Assembly (NCBI RefSeq): GCF_009914755.1
Contig: NC_060925.1
Reading direction: 5' to 3' (one strand)
Origin: the human T2T-CHM13v2.0 reference genome, Homo sapiens
DNA length: 64,000 nucleotides
In this document: one piece after another, positions 1-13,714 of the stretch
Position numbering within the stretch: the stretch's first letter is position 1
How the letters are laid out: the number at the start of each line of letters is the position of its first letter
Notes under the pieces: model-generated
What the model was told of the DNA's origin: nothing
Databases searched by the model: none
Seen by the model: the letters and a program-made list of their open reading frames with translations, nothing else
Translations under genes and position numbers: made by a program

Positions 1-25
1 CGAATGGACTCGAATGGAATAATCA

Positions 26-1948
26 TTGAACGGAATCGAATGGAATCGTCATCGGATGGAAATGAATGGAATCATCATCGAATGGAATCGAATAGAATTA
101 TGGAATGAAATCCAGTGTGATCATCATCGAATGGACCCGAATGGAATCATCATCCAACGGAAGCTAATGGAATCAACATCGAATGAATCGAATGGAAACA
201 CCATCGAATTGAAACGAATGGAATTACCATGAAATTGAAATGGATGGACTCATCATCGAATGGATTCGAATGGAATCATCGAATAAAATTGATTGAAATC
301 ATCATCGAATGGAATCGAATGGTATCATTGAATGGAATCGAATGGAATCATCATCAGATGGAAATGAATGGAATCGTCATAGAATGGAATCGAATGGATT
401 CATTGAATAGAATCAGATGGAATCATCGAATGGACTGGAATGGAATCATTGAATGGACTCGAAAGGGATCATTATTGAATGGAATTGAATGGAATCATCG
501 AATGGTCTCGATTGGAATCATTATCAAATGGAATCGAATGGAATCACCGAATAGAATCGAATGGAACAATCATCGAATGGATTCAAATGGAATTATCCTC
601 AAATGGAATGGAATGGAATTATCGAATGCAATCGAATGGAATTATCGAATGCAATCGAATAGAATCATCGAATGGACTCGAACGGAATCATCGAATGGAA
701 TGGAATGGAACAGTCAATGAACTCGAATGGAATCATCATTGAATGGAATCGAATCGAATCATCGAGTGGAATCGAATGGAATTATGATCAAATGGAATCG
801 AATGTAATCATCATCAAATGGAATCAAAAATAAACATCATCAATTGGTATTGAATGGAATTCTCATCAAATGGAATTCAAAGGAATCATCATCACATGGA
901 ACTGAATGGAATCCTCATTGAATGGAAATGAAAGGGGTCATCATCTAATGGAATCGCATGGAATCATCATCAAATGGAATCGAATGGAATCATCATCAAA
1001 TGGAATCTGATGGAATCATTGAACAGAATTGAATGGAATCGTCATCGAATGAATTGAATGCAATCATCGAATGGTCTCGAATGTAATCACATTCTAATGG
1101 AAAGGAATGGAATCATCGCATAGAATCGAATGGAATTAACATTGAATGGACTCGAATGGAATCAACATCAAACGGAATCAAGCGGAATTATCGAATGGAA
1201 TCGAAGAGAATCATCGAATGGTCTCGAATGGAATCATCCTCTAATGGAAAGGAATGGAATCATCGCATAGAATCGAATGGAATTAACATTGAATGGACTC
1301 GAATGGAATCAACATCAAATGGAATCAAGCGGAATTATCGAATGAAATCGAAGAGAATCATCGAATGGACTCGAATGGAATCATCTAATGGAATGGAATG
1401 GAATAATCCACGGACTCGAATGCAATCATCATCGTATAGAATCGAATGGAATCATCGAAAGGACTCGAATGGAATAACCATTGAACGGAATCGAATGGAA
1501 TCATCATCGGATGGAAACGAATGGAATCATCATCGAATGGAAATGAAAGGAGTCATCATCTAATGGAATTGCATGGAATCATCATCAAATGGAATCGAAT
1601 GGAATCATCATCAAATGGAATCAAATGGAATCATTGAACGGAATTGAATGGAATCGTCATCGAATGAATTGAATGCAATCATCGAATGGTCTCGAATGGA
1701 ATCATCTTCTAATGGAATGGAATGGAATCATCGCATAGAATCGAATGGAATTATCATCCAATGGAATCGAATGGTATCAACATCAAACGGAAAAAAACGG
1801 AATTATCGAATGGAACCAAAGAGAATCTTCGAACGGACCCGAATGGAATCATCTAATGGAATGGAATGGAATAATCCATGGACTCGAATGAAATCATCAT
1901 CGAATGGAATCGAATGGAAACATTGAAAGGACTCGTATGGAATAATCA
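26..1948 (+). repeat. Variant monomer, 1,923 bp (+147-bp tandem duplication inside a divergent A subrepeat)
   Basis: Landmark spacing 26->1949. TGGTCTCG...AACATTGAATGGACTCG...GGAATCAAGCGG occurs twice, at ~1072 and ~1219. Confidence 0.88.
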
Positions 1949-3894
1949 TTGAACGGAATCGAATGGAATCATCATCGGATGGAAATGAATGGAATCATCA
2001 TCGAATGGAATCGAATAGAATTATGGAATGAAATCCAGTGTGATCATCATCGAATGGACCCGAATGGAATCATCATCCAACGGAAGCTAATGGAATCAAC
2101 ATACAATGAATCGAATGGAAACACCATCGAATTGAAACGAATGGAATTACCATGAAATTGAAATGGATGGACTCATCATCGAATGGATTCCAATGGAATC
2201 ATCGAATAAAATTGATTGAAATCATCATCGAATGGAATCGAATGGTATCATTGAATGGAATCGAATGGAATCATCATCAGATGGAAATGAATGGAATCGT
2301 CATAGAATGGAATCGAATGGATTCATTGAATGGAATCAGATGGAATCATCGAATGGACTGGAATGGAATCATTGAATGGACTCGAAAGGGATCATTATTG
2401 AATGGAATTGAATGGAATCATCGAATGGTCTCGATTGGAATCATTATCAAATGGAATCGAATGGAATCACCGAATAGAATCGAATGGAACAATCATCGAA
2501 TGGACTCAAATGGAATTATCCTCAAATAGAATCGAATGGAATTATCGAATGCAATCGAATGGAATTAACGAATGCAATCGAATAGAATCATCGAATGGAC
2601 TCGAATGGAATCATCGAATGGAATGGAATGGAACAGTCAATAAACTCGAATGGAATCATCATTGAATGGAATCGAATGGAATCATCGAGTGGAATCGAAT
2701 GGAATTATGATCAAATGGAATCGAATGTAATCATCATCAAATGGAATCAAAAATAACCATCATCAATTGGTATTGAATGGAATTGTCATCAAATGGAATT
2801 CAAAGGAATCATCATCAAATGGAAACGAATGGAATCCTCATTGAATGGAAATGAAAGGGGTCATCATCTAATGGAATGGCATGGAATCATCATCAAATGG
2901 AAACGAATGGAATCATCATCAAATGGAATCTAATGGAATCATTGCAAGAATTGAATGGAATCATCATCGAATGAATTGAATGCAATCATCGAATGGTCTC
3001 GAATGGAACCATCTTCTAATGGAAAGGAATGGAATCATCGCATAGAATCGAATGGAATTGTCATCGAATAGAATCGAATGGTATCAACACCAAACGGAAA
3101 AAAACGGAATTATCGAATGGAATCGAAGAGAATCTTCGAACGGACCCGATGGAATCATCTATTGGAATGGAATGGAATAATCCATGGACTCGAATGCAAT
3201 CATCATCGAATGGAATCGAATGGAATCATCGAATGGACTCGAATGGAATAATCATTGAACGGAATCGAATGGAATCATCATCGGATGGAAACGAATGGAA
3301 TCATCATCGAATGGAAATGAAAGGAGTCATCATCTAATGGAATTGCATGGAATCATCATCAAATGGAATCGAATGGAATCAACATCAAATGCAATCAAAT
3401 GGAATCATTGAACGGAATTGAATGGAATCGTCATCGAATGAATTGAATGCAATCATCGAATGGTCTCGAATGGAATCATCTTCAAATGGAATGGAATGGA
3501 ATCATCGCATAGAATCGAATGGAATTATCATCGAATGGAATCGAATGGAATCAACATCAAATGGAAACAAAAGGAATTATTGAAAGGAATTAAATGGAAT
3601 CGTCAACGAATGAATTGAATGCAATCATCGAACGGTCTCGAATGGAATCATCTTCAAATGGAATGGAATGGAATCATCGCATAGAATCGAATGGAATTAT
3701 CATCGAATGGAATCGAATGAAATCAACATCAAACGGAAAAAAACGGAATTATCGAATGGAATCGAAAAGAATCATCGAATGGTCCCGAATGGAATCATCT
3801 AATGGAATGGAATGGAATAATCCATGGACTCGAATGCAATCATCATCGAATGGAATCGAATGGAATCATCGAATGGACTCGAATGGAATAATCA
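1949..3894 (+). repeat. Variant monomer, 1,946 bp (+172-bp partial duplication and two 1-bp deletions)
   Basis: Spacing 1949->3895. The ATGGAATCGTCA..GAATGAATTGAATGC block occurs at ~3422 and ~3594. 1-bp losses at ATTGCAAGAA (~2941) and CGGACCCGAT (~3141). Confidence 0.8.
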
Positions 3895-5334
3895 TTGAAC
3901 GGAATCGAATGGAATCATCATCGGATGGAAATGAATGGAATCATCATCGAATGGAATCGAATAGAATTATGGAATGAAATCCAGTGTGATCATCATCGAA
4001 TGGACCCGAATGGAATCATCATCCAACGGCAGCTAATGGAATCAACATCGAATGAATCGAATGGAAACACCATCGAATTGAAACGAATGGAATTATCATG
4101 AAATTGAAATGGATGGACTCATCATCGAATGGATTCGAATGGAATCATCGAGTGGAATCGAATGGAATTATGATCAAATGGAATCGAATGTAATCATCAT
4201 CAAATGGAATCAAAAATAACCATCATCAATTGGTATTGAATGGAATTCTCATCAAATGGAATTCAAAGGAATCATCATCAAATGGAACTGAATGGAATCC
4301 TCATTGAATGGAAATGAAAGGGGTCATCATCTAATGGAATCGCATGGAATCATCATCAAATGGAATCGAATGGAATCATCATCAAATGGAATCTGATGGA
4401 ATCATTGAACAGAATTGAATGGAATCGTCATCGAATGAATTGAATGCAATCATCGAATGGTCTCGAATGTAATCACATTCTAATGGAAAGGAATGGAATC
4501 ATCGCATAGAATCGAATGGAATTAACATTGAATGGACTCGAATGGAATCAACATCAAACGGAATCAAGCGGAATTATCGAATGGAATCGAAGAGAATCAT
4601 CGAATGGTCTCGAATGGAATCATCTTCTAATGGAAAGGAATGGAATCATCGCATAGAATCGAATGGAATTAACATTGAATGGACTCGAATGGAATCAACA
4701 TCAAATGGAATCAAGCGGAATGATCGAATGAAATCGAAGAGAATCATCGAATGGACTCGAATGGAATCATCTAATGGAATGGAATGGAATAATCCACGGA
4801 CTCGAATGCAATCATCATCCTATAGAATCAAATGGAATCATCGAAAGGACTCGAATGGAATAACCATTGAACGGAATCGAATGGAATCATCATCGGATGG
4901 AAACGAATGGAATCATCATCGAATGGAAATGAAATGAGTCATCATCTAATGGAATTGCATGGAATCATCATAAAATGGAATCGAATGGAATCATCATCAA
5001 ATGGAATCAAATGGAATCATTGAACGGAATTGAATGGAATCGTCATCGAATGAATTGAATGCAATCATCGAATGGTCTCGAATGGAATCATCTTCAAATG
5101 GAATGGAATGGAATCATCGCATAGAATCGAATGGAATTATCATCGAATGGAATCGAATGGTATCAACATCAAACGGAAAAAAACGGAATTATCGAATGGA
5201 ATCAAAGAGAATCTTCGAACGGACCCGAATGGAATCATCTAATGGAATGGAATGGAATAATCCATGGACTCGAATGCAATCATCATCGAATGGAATCGAA
5301 TGGAATCATTGAAAGGACTCGAATGGAATAATCA
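3895..5334 (+). repeat. Variant monomer, 1,440 bp (1,923-type with a 483-bp deletion)
   Basis: Spacing 3895->5335. The junction GGATTCGAATGGAATCATCGA|GTGGAATCG at ~4150 skips the AATAAAATTG...AACAGTC segment. The 147-bp duplication is retained at ~4458/4605. Confidence 0.87.
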
Positions 5335-7115
5335 TTGAACGGAATCGAATGGAATCATCATCGGATGGAAATGAATGGAATCATCATCGAATGGAATCGA
5401 ATAGAATTATGGAATGAAATCCAGTGTGATCATCATCGAATGGACCCGAATGGAATCATGATCCAACGGAAGCTAATGGAATCAACATCGAATGAATCGA
5501 ATGGAAACACCATCGAATTGAAACGAATGGAATTATCATGAAATTGAAATGGATGGACTCATCATCGAATGGATTCGAAAGGAATCATCGAATAAAATTG
5601 ATTGAAATCATCATCGAATGGAATCGAATGGTATCATTGAATGGAATCGAATGGAATCATCATCAGATGGAAATGAATGGAATCGTCATAGAATGGAATC
5701 GAATGGATTCATTGAATGGAATCAGATGGAATCATCGAATGGACTGGAATGGAATCATTGAATGGACTCGAAAGAGATCATGATTGAATGGAATTGAATG
5801 GAATCATCGAATGGTCTCGATTGGAATCATTATCAAATGGAATCGAATGGAATCACCGAATAGAATCGAATGGAACAATCATCGAATGGACTCAAATGGA
5901 ATTATCCTCCAATGGAATCGAATGGAATTATCGAATGCAATCGAATGGAATTATCGAATGCAATCGAATAGAATCATCGAATGGACTCGAATGGAATCAT
6001 CGAATGGAATGGAATGGAACAGTCAATGAACTCGAATGGAATCATCATTGAATGGAATCGAATGGAATCATCGAGTGGAATCGAATGGAATTATGATCAA
6101 ATGGAATCGAATATAATCATCATCAAATGGAATCAAAAATAACCATCATCAATTGGTATTGAATGGAATTTTCATCAAATGGAATTCAAAGGAAACATCA
6201 TCTAATGGAACCGAATGGAATCCTCATTGAATGGAAATGAAAGGGGTCATCATCTAATGGAATTGCATGGAATCATCATCAAATGGAATCGAATGGAATC
6301 ATCATCAAATGGAATCTAATGGAATCATTCAACAGAATTGAATGGAATCGTCATCGAATGAATTGAATGCAATCATCGAATGGTCTCGAATGGAACCATC
6401 TTCTAATGGAAAGGAATGGAATCATCGCATAGAATCGAATGGAATTATCATCGAATGGAATCGAATGGTATCAACACCAAACGGAAAAAAACGGAATTAT
6501 CGAATGGAATCGAAGAGAATCTTCGAACGGACCCGAATGGAATCATCTAATGGAATGGAATGGAATAATCCATGGACTCGAATGCAATCATCATCGAATG
6601 GAATCGAATGGAATCATCGAATGGACTCGAATGGAATAATCATTGAACGGAATCGAATGGAATCATCATCGGATGGAAACGAATGGAATCATTATCGGAT
6701 GGGAATGAAAGGAGTCATCATCTAATGGAATTGCATGGAATCATCATAAAATGGAATCGAATGGAATCAACATCAAATGGAATCAAATGGAATCATTGAA
6801 CGGAATTGAATGGAATCGTCATCGAATGAATTGAATGCAATCATCGAATGGTCTCGAATGGAATCATCTTCAAATGGAATGGAATGGAATGGAATCATCG
6901 CATAGAATCGAATGGAATTATCATCGAATGTAATCGAATGGAATCAACACCAAACGGAAAAAAACGGAATTATCGAATGGAATCGAAGAGAATCATCGAA
7001 TGGACCCGAATGGAATCATCTAATGGAATGGAATGGAATAATCCATGGACTCGAATGCAATCATCATCGAATGGAATCGAATGGAATCATCGAATAGACT
7101 CGAATGGAATAATCA

Positions 7116-9333
7116 TTGAACGGAATCGAATGGAATCATCATCGGATGGAAACGAATGGAATCATCATTGAATGGAATCGAATAGAATTATGGAATGAAA
7201 TCCAGTGTGATCATCATCGAATGGACCCGAATGGAATCATCATCCAACGGAAGCTAATGGAATCAACATCGAATGAATCGAATGGAAACACCATCGAATT
7301 GAAACGAATGGAATTACCATGAAATTGAAATGGATGGACTCATCATCAAATGGATTCGAATGGAATCATCGAATAAAATTGATTGAAATCATCATCGAAT
7401 GGAATCGAATGGTATCATTGAATGGAATCGAATGGAATCATCATCAGATGGAAATGAATGGAATCGTCATAGAATGGAATCGAATGGATTCATTGAATGG
7501 AATCAGATGGAATCATTGAATGGACTGGAATGGAATCATTGAATGGACTCGAAAGGGATCATTATTGAATGGAATTGAATGGAATCATCGAATGGTCTCG
7601 ATTGGAATCATTATCAAATGGAATCGAATGGAATCACCGAATAGAATCGAATGGAACAATCATCGAATGGACTCAAATGGAATTATCCTCCAATGGAATC
7701 GAATGGAATTATCGAATGCAATCGAATGGAATTATCGAATGCAATCGAATAGAATCATCGAATGGACTCGAATGGAATCATCGAATGGAATGGAATGGAA
7801 CAGTCAATGAACTCGAATGGAATCATCATTGAATGGAATCGAATGGAATCATCGAGTGGAATCGAAAGGAATTATGACAAAATGGAATCGAATGGAATCA
7901 TCATCAAATGGAATCAAAAATAACCATCATCAATTGGTATTGAATGGAATTGTCATCAAATGGAATTCAAAGGAATCATCATCAAATGGAACCGAATGGA
8001 ATCCTCATTGATTGGAAATGAAAGGGGTCATCATCTAATGGAATCGCATGGAATCATCATGAAATGGAATCGAATGGAATCATCATCAAATGGAATCTAA
8101 TGGAATCATTGAACAGAATTGAATGGAATCGTCATCGAATGAATTGAATGCAATCATCGAATGGTCTCGAATGGAATCATCTTCTAATGGAAAGGAATGG
8201 AATCATCGCATAGAATCGAATGGAATTATCATCGAATGGAATCGAATGGTATCAACACCAAACGGAAAAAAACGGAATTATCGAATGGAATCGAAGAGAA
8301 TCTTCGAACGGACCCGAATGGAATCATCTAATGGAATGGAATGGAATAATCCATGGACTCGAATGCAATCATCATCGAATGGAATCGAATGGAATCATCG
8401 AATGGACTCGAATGGAATAATCATTGAACGGAATCGAATGGAATCATCATCGGATGGAAACGAATGGAATCATCATCGAATGGAAATGAAAGGAGTCATC
8501 ATCTAATGGAATTGCATGGAATCATCATCAAATGGAATCGAATGGAATCAACATCAAATGGAATCAAATGGAATCATTGAACGGAATTGAATGGAATCGT
8601 CATCGAATGAATTGAATGCAATCATCGAATGGTCTCGAATGGAATCATCTTCAAATGGAATGGAATGGAATCATCGCATAGAATCGAATGGAATTATCAT
8701 CGAATGGAATCGAATGGAATCAACATCAAACGGAAAAAAACGGAATTATCGAATGGAATCGAAGAGAATCATCGAATGGACCCGAATGGAATCACCTAAT
8801 GGAATGGAATGGAATAATCCATGGACTCGAATGCAATCATCATCGAATGGAATCGAATGGAATCATCGAATGGACTCGAATGGAATAATCATTGAACGGA
8901 ATCGAATGGAATCATCATCGGATGGAAATGTAAGGAGTCATCATCTAATGGAATTGCATGGAATCATCATAAAGTGGAATCGAATGGAATCAACATCAAA
9001 TGGAATCAAATGGAATCATTGAACGGAATTGAATGGAATCGTCATCGAATGAATTGAATGCAATCATCGAATGGTCTCGAATGGAATCATCTTCAAATGG
9101 AATGGAATGGAATCATCGCATAGAATCGAATGGAATTATCATCGAATGGAATCGAATGGAATCAACATCAAACGGAAAAAAACGGAATTATCGAATGGAA
9201 TCGAAGAGAATCATCGAATGGACCCGAATGGAATCATCTAATGGAATGGAATGGAATAATCCATGGACTCGAATGCAATCATCATCGAATGGAATCGAAT
9301 GGAATCATCGAATGGACTCGAATGGAATAATCA
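7116..9333 (+). repeat. Variant monomer, 2,218 bp (three subrepeats; +442 bp)
   Basis: Subrepeat pseudo-ORFs start at 8123, 8591 and 9033 (offsets 468 and 442). A junction 26 bp shorter than usual, GATGGAAATGTAAGGAGTC, lies at ~8921-8940. Confidence 0.87.
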
Positions 9334-10641
9334 TTGAACGGAATCGAATGGAATCATCATCGGATGGAAATGAATGGAATCATCATCGAATGGAATCGAA
9401 TAGAATTATGGAATGAAATCCAGTGTGATCATCATCGAATGGACCCGAATGGAATCATCATCCAACGGAAGCTAATGGAATCAACATCGAATGAATCAAA
9501 TGGAAACACCATCGAATTGAAACGAATGGAATTACCATGAAATTGAAATGGATGGACTCATCATCGAATGGATTCGAATGGAATCATCGAATAAGATTGA
9601 TTGAAATCATCATCGAATGGAATCGAAGGGTATCATTGAATGGAATCGAATAGAATCATCATCAGATGGAAATGAATGGAATCGTCATAGAATGGAATCG
9701 AATGGATTCATTGAATGGAATCAGATGGAATCATCGAATGGACTAGAATGGAATCATTGAATGGACTCGAAAGGGATCATGATTGAATGGAATTGAATGG
9801 AATCATCGAATGGTCTCGAATTGAATCATTATCAAATGGAATCGAATGGAATCACCGAATAGAATCGAATGGAACAATCATCGAATGGACTCAAATGGAA
9901 TTATCCTCAAATGGAATTGAATGGAATTATCGAATGCAATCGAATGGAATTATCGAATGCAATCGAATAGAATCATCGAATGGACTCGAATGGAATCATC
10001 GAATGGAATGGAATGGAACAGTCAATGAACTCGAATGGAATCATCATTGAATGGAATCGAATGGAATCATCGAGTGGAATCGAATGTAATCATCATCAAA
10101 TGGAATCAAAAATAACCATCATCAAATGGAATCAAAAATAACCATCATCAATTGATATTGAATGGAATTCTCATCAAATGGAATTCAAAGGAATCATCAT
10201 CAAATGGAACCGAATGGAATCCTCATTGAATGGAAATGAAAGGGGTCATCATCTAATGGAATCGCATGGAATCATCATAAAATGGAATCGAATGGAATCA
10301 ACATCAAATGGAATCAAATGGAATCATTGAACGGAATTGAATGGAATCGTCATCGAATGAATTGAATGCAATCATCGAATGGTCTCGAATGGAATCATCT
10401 TCAAATGGAATGGAATGGAATCATCGCATAGAATCGAATGGAATTATCATCGAATGGAATCGAATGGAATCAACACCAAACGGAAAAAAACGGAATTATC
10501 GAATGGAATCGAAGAGAATCATCGAATGGACCCGAATGGAATCATCTAATGGAATGGAATGGAATAATCCATGGACTCGAATGCAATCATCATCGAATGG
10601 AATCGAATGGAATCATCGAATGGACTCGAATGGAATAATCA
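9334..10641 (+). repeat. Variant monomer, 1,308 bp (one 468-bp subrepeat lost)
   Basis: Spacing 9334->10642 = 1776-468. Only one AACGGAAAAAAACGG is present. Confidence 0.87.
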
Positions 10642-12407
10642 TTGAACGGAATCGAATGGAATCATCATCGGATGGAAACGAATGGAATCATCATCGAATG
10701 GAATCGAATAGAATTATGGAATGAAATCCAGTGTGATCATCATCGAATGGACCCGAATGGAATCATCATCCAACGGAAGCTAATGGAATCAACATCGAAT
10801 GAATCGAATGGAAACACCATCGAATTGAAACGAATGGAATTACCATGAAATTGAAATGGATGGACTCATCATCAAATGGATTCGAATGGAATCATCGAAT
10901 AAAATTAATTGAAATCATCATCGAATGGAATCGAATGGTATCATTGAATGGAATCGAATGGAATCATCATCAGATGGAAATGAATGGAATCGTCATAGAA
11001 TGGAATCGAATGGATTCATTGAATGGAATCAGATGGAATCATTGAATGGACTGGAATGGAATCATTGAATGGACTCGAAAGGGATCATTATTGAATGGAA
11101 TTGAATGGAATCATCGAATGGTCTCGATTGGAATCATTATCAAATGGAATCGAATGGAATCACCGAATAGAATCGAATGGAACAATCATCGAATGGACTC
11201 AAATGGAATTATCCTCCAATGGAATCGAATGGAATTATCGAATGCAATCGAATGGAATTATCGAATGCAATCGAATAGAATCATCGAATGGACTCGAATG
11301 GAATCATCGAATGGAATGGAATGGAACAGTCAATGAACTCGAATGGAATCATCATTGAATGGAATCATCGAGAGGAATCGAAAGGAATTATGATCAAATG
11401 GAATCGAACGTAATCATCATGAAATGGAATCAAAAATAACCATCATCAATTGGTATTGAATGGAATTGTCATCAAATGGAATTCAAAGGAATCATCATCA
11501 AATGGAACCGAATGGAATCCTCATTGAATGGAAATGAAAGGGGTCATCATCTAATGGAATCGCATGGAATCATCATCAAATGGAATCGAATGGAATCATC
11601 ATCAAATGGAATCTAATGGAATCATTGAAAAGAATTGAAGGGAGTCGTCATCGAATGAATTGAATGCAATCATCGAATGGTCTCGAATGGAATCATCTTC
11701 TAATGGAAAGGACTGGAATCATCGCATAGAATCGAATGGAATTATCATCGAATGGAATCGAATGGTATCAACACCAAACGGAAAAAAACGGAATTATCGA
11801 ATGGAATCGAAGAGAATCTTCGAACGGACCCGAATGGAATCATCTAATGGAATGGAATGGAATAATCCATGGACTCGAATGCAATCATCATCGAATGGAA
11901 TCGAATGGAATCATCGAATGGACTCGAATGGAATAATCATTGAACGGAATCGAATGGAATTATCATCGGATGGAAACGAATGGAATCATCATCGAATGGA
12001 AATGTAAGGAGTCATCATCTAATGGAATTGCATGGAATCATCATAAAATGGAATCGAATGGAATCAACATCAAATGGAATCAAATGGAATCATTGAACGG
12101 AATTGAATGGAATCGTCATCGAATGAATTGAATGCAATCATCGAATGGTCTCGAATGGAATCATCTTCAAATGGAAGGGAATGGAATCATCGCATAGAAT
12201 CGAATGGAATTATCATCGAATGGAATCGAATGGAATCAACATCAAACAGAAAAAAACGGAATTATCGAATGGAATCGAAGAGAATCATCGAATGGACCCG
12301 AATGGAATCATCTAATGGAATGGAATGGAATAATCCATGGACTCGAATGCAATCATCATCGAATGGAATCGAATGGAATCATCGAATGGACTCGAATGGA
12401 ATAATCA

Positions 12408-13714
12408 TTGAACGGAATCGAATGGAATCATCATCGGATGGAAATGAATGGAATCATCATCGAATGGAATCGAATAGAATTATGGAATGAAATCCAGTGT
12501 GATCATCATCGAATGGACCCGAATGGAATTATCATCCAACGGAAGCTAATGGAATCAACATCGAATGAATCGAATGGAAACACCATCGAATTGAAACGAA
12601 TGGAATTACCATGAAATTGAAATGGATGGACTCATCATCGAATGGATTCGAATGGAATCATCGAATAAAATTGATTGAAATCATCATCGAATGGAATCGA
12701 ATGGTATCATTGAATGGAATCGAATGGAATCATCATCAGATGGAAATGAATGGAATCGTCATAGAATGGAATCGAATGGATTCATTGAATGGAATCAGAT
12801 GGAATCATCGAATGGACTGGAATGGAATCATTGAATGGACTCGAAAGGGATCATTATTGAATGGAATTGAATGGAATCATCGAATGGTCTCGATTGGAAT
12901 CATTATCAAATGGAATCGAATGGAATCACCGAATAGAATCGAATGGAACAATCATCGAATGGACTCAAATGGAATTATCCTCAAATGGAATCGAATGGAA
13001 TTATCGAATGCAATCGAATGGAATTATCGAATGCAATCGAATAGAATCATCGAATGGACTCGAATGGAATCATCGAATGGAATGGAATGGAACAGTCAAT
13101 GAACTCGAATGGAATCATTATTGAATGGAATCGAATGGAATCATCGAGTGGAATCGAATGGAATTATGATCAAATGGAATCGAATGTAATCATCATCAAA
13201 TGGAATCAAAAATAACCATCATCAATTGGTATTGAATGGAATTGTCATCAAATGGAATTTAAGGGAATCATCATCAAATGGAACCGAATGGAATCCTCAT
13301 TGAATGGAAATGAAAGTGGTCATCATCTAATGGAATCGCATGGAATCATCATCAAATGGAATCGAATGGAATCATCATCAAATGGAATCTAATGGAATCA
13401 TTGAAAGAATTGAATGGAATCATCATCGAATGAATTGAATGCAATCATCGAATGGTCTCGAATGGAATCATCTTCTAATGGAAAGGAATGGAATCATCGC
13501 ATAGAATCGAATGGAATTATCATCGAATGGAATCGAATGGTATCAACACCAAACGGAAAAATACGGAATTATCGAATGGAATCGAAGAGAATCATCGAAG
13601 GGACCCGAATGGAATCATCTAATTGAATGGAATGGAATAATCCATGGACTCGAATGCAATCATCATCGAATGGAATCGAATGGAATCATTGAAAGGACTC
13701 GAATGGAATAATCA
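12408..13714 (+). repeat. Variant monomer, 1,307 bp (A/B hybrid single subrepeat; EcoRI site lost); second copy at 27615-28921
   Basis: Spacings 12408->13715 and 27615->28922 are both 1,307. Shared private markers: GGAATTTAAGGG, GAAAGTGGTC, GGAAAAATACGG. Confidence 0.87.
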
